A program made the translations under genes and the position numbers. A stretch of DNA of 64,000 nt from Octopus sinensis (taxonomy: Eukaryota): contig NC_043005.1 of NCBI RefSeq assembly GCF_006345805.1, positions 11,656,001 to 11,720,000 of the forward strand, in the 5' to 3' direction. Under the pieces are notes generated by a model. It saw only the letters and a program-made list of their open reading frames with translations, did not search any database and was not told the origin of the DNA. Shown here in pieces: positions 41,508 to 52,288 of the stretch; within the stretch, counting starts at the first letter, position 1; each line of letters begins with the position of its first letter.

Positions 41508-41757
41508 TATTATTATTATATTATTATTATATTATTTTATTATTATTAGTTATTATTATTATTATTATCATTATTAATATTATTATTATTATTATTAATG
41601 TTATTATTATTATTACTAATGTTATTATCATTATTATTATTATTATTAATATTATCATTATTATTATCATTATTATTATTATTCAGGTCACTGCCTGGAT
41701 TCGAACTCGGAATCTCGGTTGTCTTCGGGTTAGTAGCCCGCACTCTTAACCACAGTG
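41051..41757 (-). mobile_element. SINE family E (copy E2) with an R4 tail inserted in its TAA tract
   Basis: Head at 41685-41757, long (TAA)n, tail 41051-41235 with degenerate HHR (CTGATGG-GGGCTG..GAGCC-GAAAC). Confidence 0.85.
41258..41468 (-). mobile_element. 3' end of a second R4/Dong-type LINE family
   Basis: Minus frame ..PGLTNTYNIQKIALLGTAHILRRALSIQ* (stop at 41356-41358) plus 3' UTR. TAA repeats on both sides. Confidence 0.8.
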
Positions 41758-41873
41758 GTTCAACCCAAAGATTCTGAGTTGGATACCAGGCAGTGACCTT
41801 AATAATAGTAGTACTACTACTACTAATACAAATGATGATGATGAAGATGATGATGATGATAATAATAATAGTA

Positions 41874-41918
<45 letters not shown>

Positions 41919-41936
41919 TTAATAATAATAATAATA

Positions 41937-41976
<40 letters not shown>

Positions 41977-41978
41977 TA

Positions 41979-42037
<59 letters not shown>

Positions 42038-42200
42038 TAACAACAACAACATCGAAAAATACCTTAGAAATGAGAACCCAGGATCGAAATTTCCCCAAGA
42101 CACCTGATGAAGGCTGGAAGGTACATCAGCCGAAACGTTGTGTTAACAACAAACAAGATGAGGACAAATATCTGTCAAATGTAAATAATGTAAATAAAAT
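41752..42200 (+). mobile_element. SINE family E (copy E3), head-to-head with E2
   Basis: Partial head cagtggtt..gattctgagttggataccaggcagtgacc, about 250 bp of (AAT/GAT)n, then the intact HHR tail. Confidence 0.85.
42099..42144 (+). ncRNA. Minimal type I hammerhead ribozyme in SINE E3
   Basis: gacac-CTGATGA-A-GGCTG gaaggtacat CAGCC-GAAAC-GTT-gtgtt: canonical core, 5-bp stems I and II, palindromic AACGTT stem III. Confidence 0.75.
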
Positions 42201-42261
42201 ATACTCCGGCCTGTACTGCTTTCTCTGTCTCGCTGTATCTCTCTCTTTCTCTCTCTTTTTC

Positions 42262-42331
<70 letters not shown>

Positions 42332-42746
42332 AAAAAATGAAGTTCGAAAATGCTGCTGTATTATACAATTTTTAATTTTTATATATACATTATAACATGT
42401 TTCAGTTCCTGAAATGAACTTTATCAAAAAAAGTTATATATAAAAAAAAAGACAGCTCATGCCGTCAAACACAAGAAATTCATTTATAATACACAACGGA
42501 GTCAGACATCTTAGAGTTCATGTATAGTTGATATATAGTTCATGTATAGTTGATATATAGTTTGAAGTATATGTTCAAAGTGTTCGATGCAGTGGCCCAC
42601 GGTGGCGATACGTATTCAATACAAAAAACAGATCAAAGTGGTGGAAAGCGGTCAATACAGAAGATTGATGTTTCCGAAAGAGCGAGGAATTCATTTTTAC
42701 CTTAAGCAAATGTGATGACCCATGGTGAATGTTCGCTGGGTGGTTC

Positions 42747-42792
<46 letters not shown>

Positions 42793-43849
42793 AGAATATG
42801 AACTGAGAAGAATGATTAGACTTTATGTTTAAAAACTGAATGCTCATTAATGAAACCAGTTTCACTTTTTAAATAATAACTGTGCATTGATTAGTAATAT
42901 TTTTACATTATCATTCCTCCCTAATACACCAACTTATCTTCTTGCTTTCCTCCTGTCCATCCCACCTGCCTACCTTTATAGTATAAAGAGTTTATACCAC
43001 TCACTACTTCTCCTATTCGCCTCTTTAATTTGTATTTATTAACACTACCTATCATATCCAATTGACCTTCAACTTCTGAAGACATTGCTGTCAGGTACCA
43101 AAATCCGTGTTGTTTGACACTTTAATTTACTTTTAATTATACCTACGATACTGTTTCTGTATTGAACTTGTTTGCAAAAATATGCATCGTTATATCAACT
43201 GATCATCCCATTAGAAACAGCTGTAAAGAAAGGAACAGATTACATCTTTATTATAGTTTGTCTGTCTTTTAATCTTTTTATTTGTGTATGTGTGTGTGTG
43301 TGCGTGTGTGTGTGTCTGTGTGTGTGTGTCTGTGTGTGTGTGTACTTGGTTTCTTGAGCACATCGACTTGTTTAAATACTTTGAAACAATTTCTGTTTAA
43401 AATGGAATTCTGGCCGTTCTGACAAATTAAAACATATTCCACAATGGGTTTGACCACATGGCTTTGTTCTGTATATTTTATTCGTTTTGTACGTTTTAAG
43501 TAGTCGAGTATTTGCGAACATTCTGTTCAGGGATTCACTTTGTGATTTATCTCTCAATAGAATAACATTATTTGTTCTGGGACATTAGCGGCATTATGCA
43601 GTGAAGATGCGGATCGGGAGGTCAGGACTTCTTAGGAGTATGGAATTCCCTGTTACTCACTACTACCTCCAACACTGATCGTGTTCTGTGTAGTGGTGCT
43701 TGTCAGATGTCACAGTTATTGGTTAAACAGTTGAAGACGTTCATGTCTCTCGAGCGTACAAGATTCGGAAGAAGGATGGTCCGTAGACACACGACAAACA
43801 GACCCCCCCCCCCGATTAGTGGAACTACCCTGATGTTGTTGTTTGTTCC

Positions 43850-44145
43850 TTCTCGGGTCATGCCTGGCTCATAAGTGCCGGTTTCCCGGTTTCCATGGCG
43901 TATAGGTTCCCCACCTGGACGGGATGCCGGTCCGTCGCAGGCGAGCAGCAAGATGCAGGAGGAAAGAGTGTGAGAGAGAAAGTTGTGGTAAAAGAGTCAG
44001 CAGAAGTTCGCCCTTACCTTCTGTCGGAGCCGTGTGGAGCTTAGGTGTTTCGCTGATAAACACACACATCGCCCGATCTGAGATTCAAACGCGCGATCCC
44101 TCGACCGAGAATCCGCTGCTCTAACCACTAGGCCATGTGCCGCCA
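43850..44145 (-). mobile_element. SINE family B with V-domain-like tail
   Basis: tRNA-like head, agctccac middle, then gcgacggaccggcatcccgtccaggtgggga. Confidence 0.85.
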
Positions 44146-44787
44146 CACTGATATTGCATAAACCAATACTATGTCTAGAGTATTGCTTGAATAGTTCTTG
44201 CGCTGCAAGGGAAGCGTGTGAAAGAAGGAGATTAGGTGAGTAAAATATAAATAAACTAACATGAGGGAAGAGAAAATCACTACTATGTTCAGGCATATGC
44301 AAAGAGGTCTATGATGAATGGCAACTGTCGGCATAGCACATAACGAAGAGATGTGTTTATAGATTCAAATTCATCCTGCCAGGTTTATTCAGTGTTAGCA
44401 GAAAAAGAATATTGCAGAATTTTTAGTTTCTAGGACTGCGAAGAGAAATACAGCAGCACTTTCTGTTCCAATATATTATTGTGTTTCTTTTGTCAGTGTC
44501 TGAACATCAATTGCTTTGGCATATTGTGTCTCATCCTCTATAAAGGATGCCACTTAATATTCGTCGGTCAGTGCACCTTGCAGTTTTTCAAGTGGTATAT
44601 CACAAGTATTTATATCAGTCGCAATTATACATATATGTATATGTGAAATCGTGTGTTGAAACAGATATTGTTATATTTCGGAATGGTCATTTTGCCAGTT
44701 TAGCCAATAAAAACACACGCACTATATATTTGGTGTTATTTTGCTTCAGTGTTATTTATTTTTTACATTAATTTTAATCTTATTTCG

Positions 44788-46590
44788 GCCAGAGTTCTTT
44801 CGTCACACTCCTGTGACTGCATCAGTGGTCCTTTGTTTTCTTTCTTATTTGTGTCTCTTATTACTAACCGTCAGCCATTTTGTATTATACATATACTTTT
44901 AGCTAAAATAAATGGAATATTTGTTGTAATGTGCTTCGGATGACATTAAATAAAGAGTAGATATTATTTTGAATGTATAGGTCTGCATTATGTCTGCCTC
45001 AATTTGATTGTTGAATTTCATAACTAAAATATCTAAAAATAGTAGAATCTTTTGACTGCACTCCATTGAGAATTGGATAATATTATTTATTCCATTAAGT
45101 AATATCTTAAAATCATTTAATTTCTCTATGCTTCCATTGTAATAAATAAAGCAATCGTCTAGAAATGTTTTCCATTTCACTTTTATATAATGAGAGAAAG
45201 ACTATTCATATTTCCGTAGCGATTCTCGATGCATTGCAATTCTAAACGTACTATAACTAAATTTATGTAGGTTGGTACTTCTTCGACCGTCATCGCTGTT
45301 TTAGATTACTGTCGGTAACATCAAACATAAAATTACATAAAGTTATTTTGCAGGAATAAATTTTGATATTCCAATTATTTATTATCTATACGTCCTGGTA
45401 GTTATTTGGTAAAATTCCCTAAGCAGAATTTTATCACTTCTCTTCCATTGTCATGAGGGAGCTTACATCAAAAGATACAATAAATGTTTTTTAATTGACC
45501 GTTTTTTGTGAAGGTGGTTCAAAATATCTCTGTTTTATCTTATAAAACTTTTAATGTTTAAGAAATGGTTTCAGTAAGATGTCGAACAAAATATTCATCA
45601 GATGTGTTTCACATATTGATCTTCTAGCATTTGTTTTAATTTGAAATCCTTTAGTAGTGAAACGTTAAAACAAACGCGTGTGGAATTTTTGCATGATTTT
45701 CCTTCTCATCTTACATCTGTGACATTTTAGTACACCATAAAAGGATTAGATTTGCATTTAAAATCCGTTTAAGTAATCACATTCGCAGTCATTCAATTGT
45801 TTTGGGTGCAAATGCAAGTGCAACAAGATGTTACATTTCGTATGTTGAGAGTAAATTTTAACCTTTTCTCGGTGCATATTTCTTATAGCAGAGATAAAAC
45901 AAGATTTTAGTATTTAGCATCCATCAATATAACTTCACACCTTTTATCAGTTTCTTTGATTTTCAATATGTTATCATTTTTCAATTCACTTGTTATCCTA
46001 TTCACATTATATGAAAAACAAAATGTGGTCATCCTTTGATGAAGAATAGTTAGATTCTATTCCTAACAAGAGATTCTTCATCATTATTCTTATTAAATGA
46101 TTCTCCTGTGAGTCTCAATCTGCTACACAATTCTGAAATGTCTTTAGCTTTATTGTAATTATATCTCCGGAGGGTTGGGGTAAATGGGTAAATTTTTATC
46201 CTATTGCAAGTATATCGATTTATTTTACTGTTAATATCTTTTTTGATAAATTTACTATTTTTATTACCTCTAATTTCCTCTGTTTGTTTGATTCCACCGG
46301 GCATCGCAGTCCTGGACAAGATCTAAAAACCATTTCTATAATTACATTCGCCTGAATCGTCAGTATTTCCAGCTCCGCTCGTGTGCTCAGCTGTGTAATC
46401 TTTACGTTTAAGTTTATGAAATATATTTTAAGATTTCATCTTTCTCCAACGAGTTTCAAATTTATTTCTTTGGTTATCTTTCACTGTTGAAGATTGGAAC
46501 ATGCTTCCATTTGGTAAGTTGTTTCTTCTTGATGTACTTCTAATCTAAGAATTGTTCGTGTTTCAAGTCTGAAAAGGAATTCTTTTAAAA
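44788..46590 (-). pseudogene. Decayed Penelope-like element (N-terminus + RT), with a degenerate HHR motif at its 3' side
   Basis: Fragments FTPTLRRYNYNKAKDISELCSRLRL..SLVRN; NDNILKIKETDKRCEVILMD; DFKCKSNPF; WKTFLDDCFIYYNG..IQFSME..LLFLDILV; CHPKHITTNIPFILAKSICII. Reverse complement of 44788-44830 reads gacca-CTGATGCA-GTCAC aggagt GTGAC-GAAA-G aa C-TC-tggcc. Confidence 0.85.
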
Positions 46591-46808
46591 TCTGAAGCTT
46601 GTGTGTGTGTGTGGTGTGTGTGTGTGATAGAGAGAGAGAGTGAGTATGTGTGTGTGTGTGTGCGTGTGCGTGTGTGTGTCTGTGAGTGTGTGTGTGTGTG
46701 TGTGAGAGAGATAGAGAGAGAGAGTGAGTATGTGTGTGTGCGTGTGCGTGTGTGTGTCTGTGAGTGTGTGTGTGTGTGAGAGAGAGATAGAGAGAGAGTG
46801 AGTATGTG

Positions 46809-46841
<33 letters not shown>

Positions 46842-46880
46842 ATCTGCGTGTGTGTGTGTGTATCTGTGTGTGTGTATTGT
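46590..46880. repeat. Compound (GT)n(GA)n microsatellite with a higher-order repeat unit
   Basis: The gagatagagagagagagtgagtatgtgtgtg block recurs three times. Confidence 0.92.
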
Positions 46881-47240
46881 TCTGAACTGTTATAATTCGA
46901 TCTTATATTGGTTATTTAGCCATTTCAGAAACATATTTTTATATGTATTTTCTTCAAAAACAAGTTCTGCGTTCTAAGAATCCTTTTAAATTTTCTTTTT
47001 ATAATTGAGGAAATAATTATTGTTAATTTCCTCGCATTGAATTAAAGGGATTTCAATATTTCAGTTTTGGATTTCTTTTTCCAAAGTTTCGAGTTTATTT
47101 CTAGAATTTACCCATCATTCTTTCGATCGATTTCAATTTGTAACCGTTGCTTCATGCTTTTAAATTTTGATTATATCTCCATTTCCATTGGGTCTTAATT
47201 CCTTTACATTGAATTAAGCAAAAAAAAAAAAAAAGGATAT

Positions 47241-47658
47241 AGGCGCAGGAGTGGCTGTGTGGTAAGTAGCTTGCTAACCAACCACATGGTTCCGGGTTCA
47301 GTCCCACTGCGTGGCATCTTGGGCAAGTGTCTTCTGCTATAGCCCCGGGCCGACCAATGCCTTGTGAGTGGATTTGGTAGACGGAAACTGAAAGAAGCCT
47401 GTCGTATATATGTATATATATATATATATATAAGTGTGTGTGTATATGTTTGTGTGTTTGTGTTTGTCCCCCTAGCATTGCTTGACAACCGATGCTGGTG
47501 TGTTTACGTCCCCGTCACCTAGCGGTTCGGCAAAAGAGACCAATAGAATAAGTACTGGGCTTACAAAGAATAAGTCCCGGAGTCGATTTGCTCGACTAAA
47601 GGCGGTGCTCCAGCATGGCCGCAGTCAAATGACTGAAACAAGTAAAAGAGTAAAGAGT
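47241..47658 (+). mobile_element. SINE family C, full length
   Basis: Near-identical to the other family C copies. Confidence 0.95.
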
Positions 47659-47729
47659 ATACGAACATGTAGAATATGCACACACAAACACACACACACA
47701 CACAAAATCAAGAAATTATCGCATGCAGG

Positions 47730-49745
47730 AGAGCCGCAGACATAATAATCAAGGTACCTACTCCTAATGATTCCATGAAATTACTTTTATTCATATTTTA
47801 CGTGAAATTCACTTCTTCAGACGCATTCTTCCGATACGACAATGCTTCTCAAGAAAAGACTTGCATTCAAAATATTCCGTATTATTGTTTTTAAGTAAAC
47901 ACTGAGTAAAAGTAATATTAAAGGGAGTGCAGTTGTCTTAATGGGTACTCTATATTATACAACTCTAGTACTATCAATATTAGAAGACACAACATGTTAT
48001 GAAAAGGTGCAATACTACTGTCTTCAGAAAATAATGATAATCCTAAAAACTATGTTAACCTATACAGAGAAGGTCTCACCGACAAGGAATACGATTATGT
48101 GACTAAATTCAAAAGTAAATCCATTCGATTCTACCGTATTTCTAAGATACACAAAAGCAAGAAAATAACGCATGAAGGAGGGCCGCAGATATGATAATCA
48201 ATGACTTCAAATTAAGACCAATAATAGCAGGTCCCGCATGCGAAACCCACCGACTCAGTTACTTTTTAGATACCTTCTTAAAACCATTCCTCAAGCAGAT
48301 CAAAAGCTACATAAGGGACGACATAGATATGCTCAATCACCTCCCTACAACAATAGATCAAAACACCCTACTAGTATACTTCAATTTAATCAACCTCTGT
48401 TCTAATATCTTCCACTGCCTAGGAATAGAGGCAATCCAACTCTGGCAAGAGAATCACTCCAATGAAATTCCACAGTGCATCAAAACAGAATTCGTATTAG
48501 AAGGGCTGAAATTCACCTTAGAGATTCACTTCTTCGTCTTCAAAGACAACTTCTATCGACAAAAATCGGGGACTGCAATGAGCAAGAGAATGGTCCCCCC
48601 CCTCATTGGCTAACCTCGTGGTGGGATATCTAGAAATCATTCTTTATCGTAAGGTACTAGAAAATACGGCAACCCATTCTCGCTCTACATTGAAAATAAC
48701 TGGAAGAGGTACCTGGGTGTCTGCTTCGTTCTTTGGCATGAAAATATAGAGAAACTTAAAGAATTCAAAGCACGTATAAATGAACTTGACATAAACATTC
48801 AATTTACGATGGTATTTAGGCATCAACAACTTCCATTCCTCGACATCCTCATTAAGAAAACCAAAAACACAATAGAATCCAAGCAACATCTACCGTTCAA
48901 CTCATACCACCCCAGACACTAGAATTAATAACTCCTTGAACCTGGCAAAAAGGATTTGTACTGTAGTTTCTAATATAAACACTAGGGACACACGACTACA
49001 CGAACTAAAGGATACACTTCTCACCAGGAACTACCCACAATCACTAATTGATATAGTCTTTCAACGTGCCCTAGAACTCAACATCCACGAATTCAGACAT
49101 CCAATACTAAAGAAGGATTTACAACCAAAAGCCTTACCATACATCTCTGCAAACAACATCCTTAACAATGAAGCCTTCGTCACCATCCTCCAGAACATTC
49201 TTCTACTAAAAAGGGACCTCAGAATTAATTTAATCCTCCAAATGCACACCATCATAAAGAGAAAAAGACAGCCTAAATCTATGAAAAGTCTACTACCACC
49301 GGTCCAAATACACTCGACAACACTGAAGCCGTCAGGAAAAAAAAATGCGTAAGACCTAACTGTGGTATATACGTCAACCTAATTGAGACATCGGAGTTCT
49401 CCTTGAAACAAGGTGAACGTTTTACAGTAAAAAACAACTTCCCATGTGCTTCGGAAACCCTAATATATGTATTAATTTCCTCAGGGTTTCGAGAGCAATA
49501 CATAGGCCAAACCAAAATTAGCAAAGAGTCATATTTTATCGCAAAATATAATTTTGAATGCTTCCACCACAAATGACAACTACAAGAGCCTTAGAATGAT
49601 ACCCACGCATACATTAAAAACAATATATTTAGAACAGTCACTGCCCATGAATTTATTCAGAACAATTCCAATCACTACAGCTATAAAATCACAACAGTTC
49701 ACTTTTAGGTCACTTGACCATTTAAGAAGACTCTACCAACAACTT
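47730..49745 (+). pseudogene. Decayed Penelope-like element: RT + GIY-YIG endonuclease
   Basis: DIIIK..KGSAVVLM; FYRISKIHKSK; LRPIIAGPACETHRLSYFLD..FYRQKSGTAM; WKRYL..IQFTM..LPFLDILI; FNSYHPRH..LAKRICTVVS; C..PNC; ETLIYVLISSGFREQYIGQTK (49454-49516). Multiple stops and frameshifts. Confidence 0.92.
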
Positions 49746-51454
49746 ATAACTGAATATACCACTTCTGTCTTTTTCTTTCTTTCTTTCTTTTTTCTTTCTT
49801 TCTTCTTCTTTTTCTTCTTCTTCTTCGCCGTCTCCTTCCTCGGCTACTGCTGCTTAAACAATCAAAACCAAGAACCCACACCCCTCATATTAAGTATTTC
49901 TTCAGATCTACGACTACTTACCTACCGTGCCTTCACAAAAGTAAAAGAGAGAGAGAGAGAGATAGAAAGAAAACGTCTCTTGCATTTGGAAACCATGGAA
50001 ATATTCTAAAATAACATTTAATTTAATTTTTCCACAATTTAATTGTTTTTCATGAAAATGTCGCAAATTTGGAACCGGTACTAAAATGTTCCTCATTATA
50101 AAATTAATTTAGCATTTCTACCTTGTCCTACATTTCAACTCATGTATTACTTTTCAACATTCTACACAAACACACACTCATACACACCATTTAATGTACA
50201 CTGTGTAAAGATAAGGGCTACTTACAGTTTCCTGTTGTGAAGGCACGTGGCTAGTTAGACTTTTATAACGTTCTCCAAGCCATCCTGTTTTTATGAATTA
50301 ACTGCGGTTGAGAAGCGCAAAAAAGGAGGAAGGCAAATTTCAACTTTAAAATTATTCATAGGTAACTGAAGGAAAAATTTCTGAAATGTATGCTATATTA
50401 TTTCCTTTTGTTATCATTATTGGTTCTAAAACCCCGGATTCGCACATAGCATCTATATATTTCACTCACCCAGAACAAAAACCTAGATCTCGTTCCTCGC
50501 TCACATTTTTCCCTGCTGCCGTTAAATTACAGATGCTGAAGATGAACATAAACCATATTGATCTCACCAGGCTCGGGAAGGCTTGTATTGGTTATATGGA
50601 AAGCTCTTACGGCAGATTAAGCCATTAAAAAAGCGTACGGCTATATGCTAGATTGCATATTGGTTTTATGCTACTAGAATCATCTAAAGTGCTCCTCCGA
50701 TAGATAAACTACTTCAAGTTTTATATATTCTTTATTTTACCCTTCATCGTGGTATATATTTAAATATTCTGAATTACGACGACAGACTATTTTAGTTCTG
50801 CTTCTATGCAATCTCACGAGATTAAGTAATTTATAAGACATTCCCTATAGCTATCGTTACCATTATTTATTTGTAACCGTTCTAGCAAGTTTACCAGAAT
50901 TACATTGTTTAACTACATATGGGAATACAACAGATGCACAAACTATTAAGGAAAGGAAATTATAAAGCGAAAGCAGTTGCCGCATTCATCTGTGTTGCAA
51001 ATAATAGGACGTTAGAACATACGATTTCAACAGTACTTACCATGATGGCAATTTGAATTCAGCTTTTAACATGCTTGCTTCTCTTTTCTTGCAATCTTTA
51101 CTGTTATAAATGATAATGTTAAACAATATTGTTATCACTGTAACATTTTTTATATATTTAGTATATGGTGTATAATTTTGAAAACTCTTATATAGTATAA
51201 TAATGTTTTATAAAGAAAACTTTGATCACGTCCCAGGAACACAGGCTATATCCAAACACTATGCAATCGATGTGTATTCAAGGCAAAATAGTTATTTTGT
51301 GCCGATATATTAAACTATGTATTGCGAACAAGTGCATGGTATTATTTTAATAATTAGATCAACCTCTATCCGGATACAATGTAAGTCGAATAGCGCTATA
51401 GTCAAGTATGCCACCTGTGTAGCTGACAAACCGAACTCTAGGTCTAAACAGTTT

Positions 51455-52288
51455 ACATAATGGAATTTATACTCATCTGTCTCCAAGAACTAACTATTTC
51501 TCTGAAAGACCGAGAGTTTAGTAAACTGTAGATAGATATAACAGCCCGATAGAGATATTGGATTGAACATTAGAAAATCGTCATATTTTTTGATTCCCCC
51601 TGCGTGAGAAAAAATGGTGAATGATTTTTCGACATATCCATGGAAAGCTTTGCTGACGCTGCGGGCCTGTATAATCTAGACAAACTAAATACCGAGGAGG
51701 TAGATAAAATAGTACAGCATTACATACGGACGAAGGACTAGGAATAATACTTCAGAGAAACGGCGACGATACGGACAAAGCTAGAGGTCATGATGAATAC
51801 GAATCGAAAATCACTCAAATACTTAGATATCACTTTCAAATTAAATACCGACAACCACTGATTCATAAATAGGAAGAAATAGTTGCCTGCTTATAGAAAG
51901 CTGTAACCACTCACACTCGATTACCAAGCTTATCTGTAGCAATCTATTAGACGCATCTCTGAATATTATGATATATTTATCAAGGCTGTCTCATGTTACA
52001 ATAATGTGCTAGGAGGATACGGTTTGAAAGAAAAGTAATTATATGGTACCAACGTGCAATACACATTAGCAGAAGTGGATGTATAAAGCTCACGAGGGTT
52101 AATCTACTGTTCTGATTGGATGAGGTTACTAATATAGCTGTACATTTCTTACGTCTGATAGACATATAAATACGACATCTAATGGAAATATCTGAAAGTT
52201 AATTACAGTTGCTTGGGAAACAGGATTATAGATATTTAGACATAACAAGGGAGTTAGATCAACGATAACACACTAAAGCATATAATAA
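51455..52288 (+). pseudogene. Heavily decayed PLE reverse-transcriptase fragment of a different clade
   Basis: FFDISMESFADAAGLYNLDKLN (compare FDVTMGSFDGAE..GLY.L..L); SLKYLDITFKLNT; a downstream SNH-like/RIS/YNNVL..GLKEK pattern. Ends at the Chapaev-like left end. Confidence 0.6.

Noticed and set aside
41363-42107. ORFs of 128, 185 and 104 aa
   Set aside because: Antisense of the R4 tail plus (TAA)n tracts.
44560-44740. Possible GIY-YIG remnant (IG*TGK) downstream of the minus-strand PLE
   Set aside because: Lies beyond the HHR-like motif and lacks the upstream IY motif in frame; likely chance.
21445-50630. Isolated acceptor-like sites with short open frames (21450, 27840, 50530)
   Set aside because: No matching donor or recognisable protein similarity; expected by chance in AT-rich DNA.
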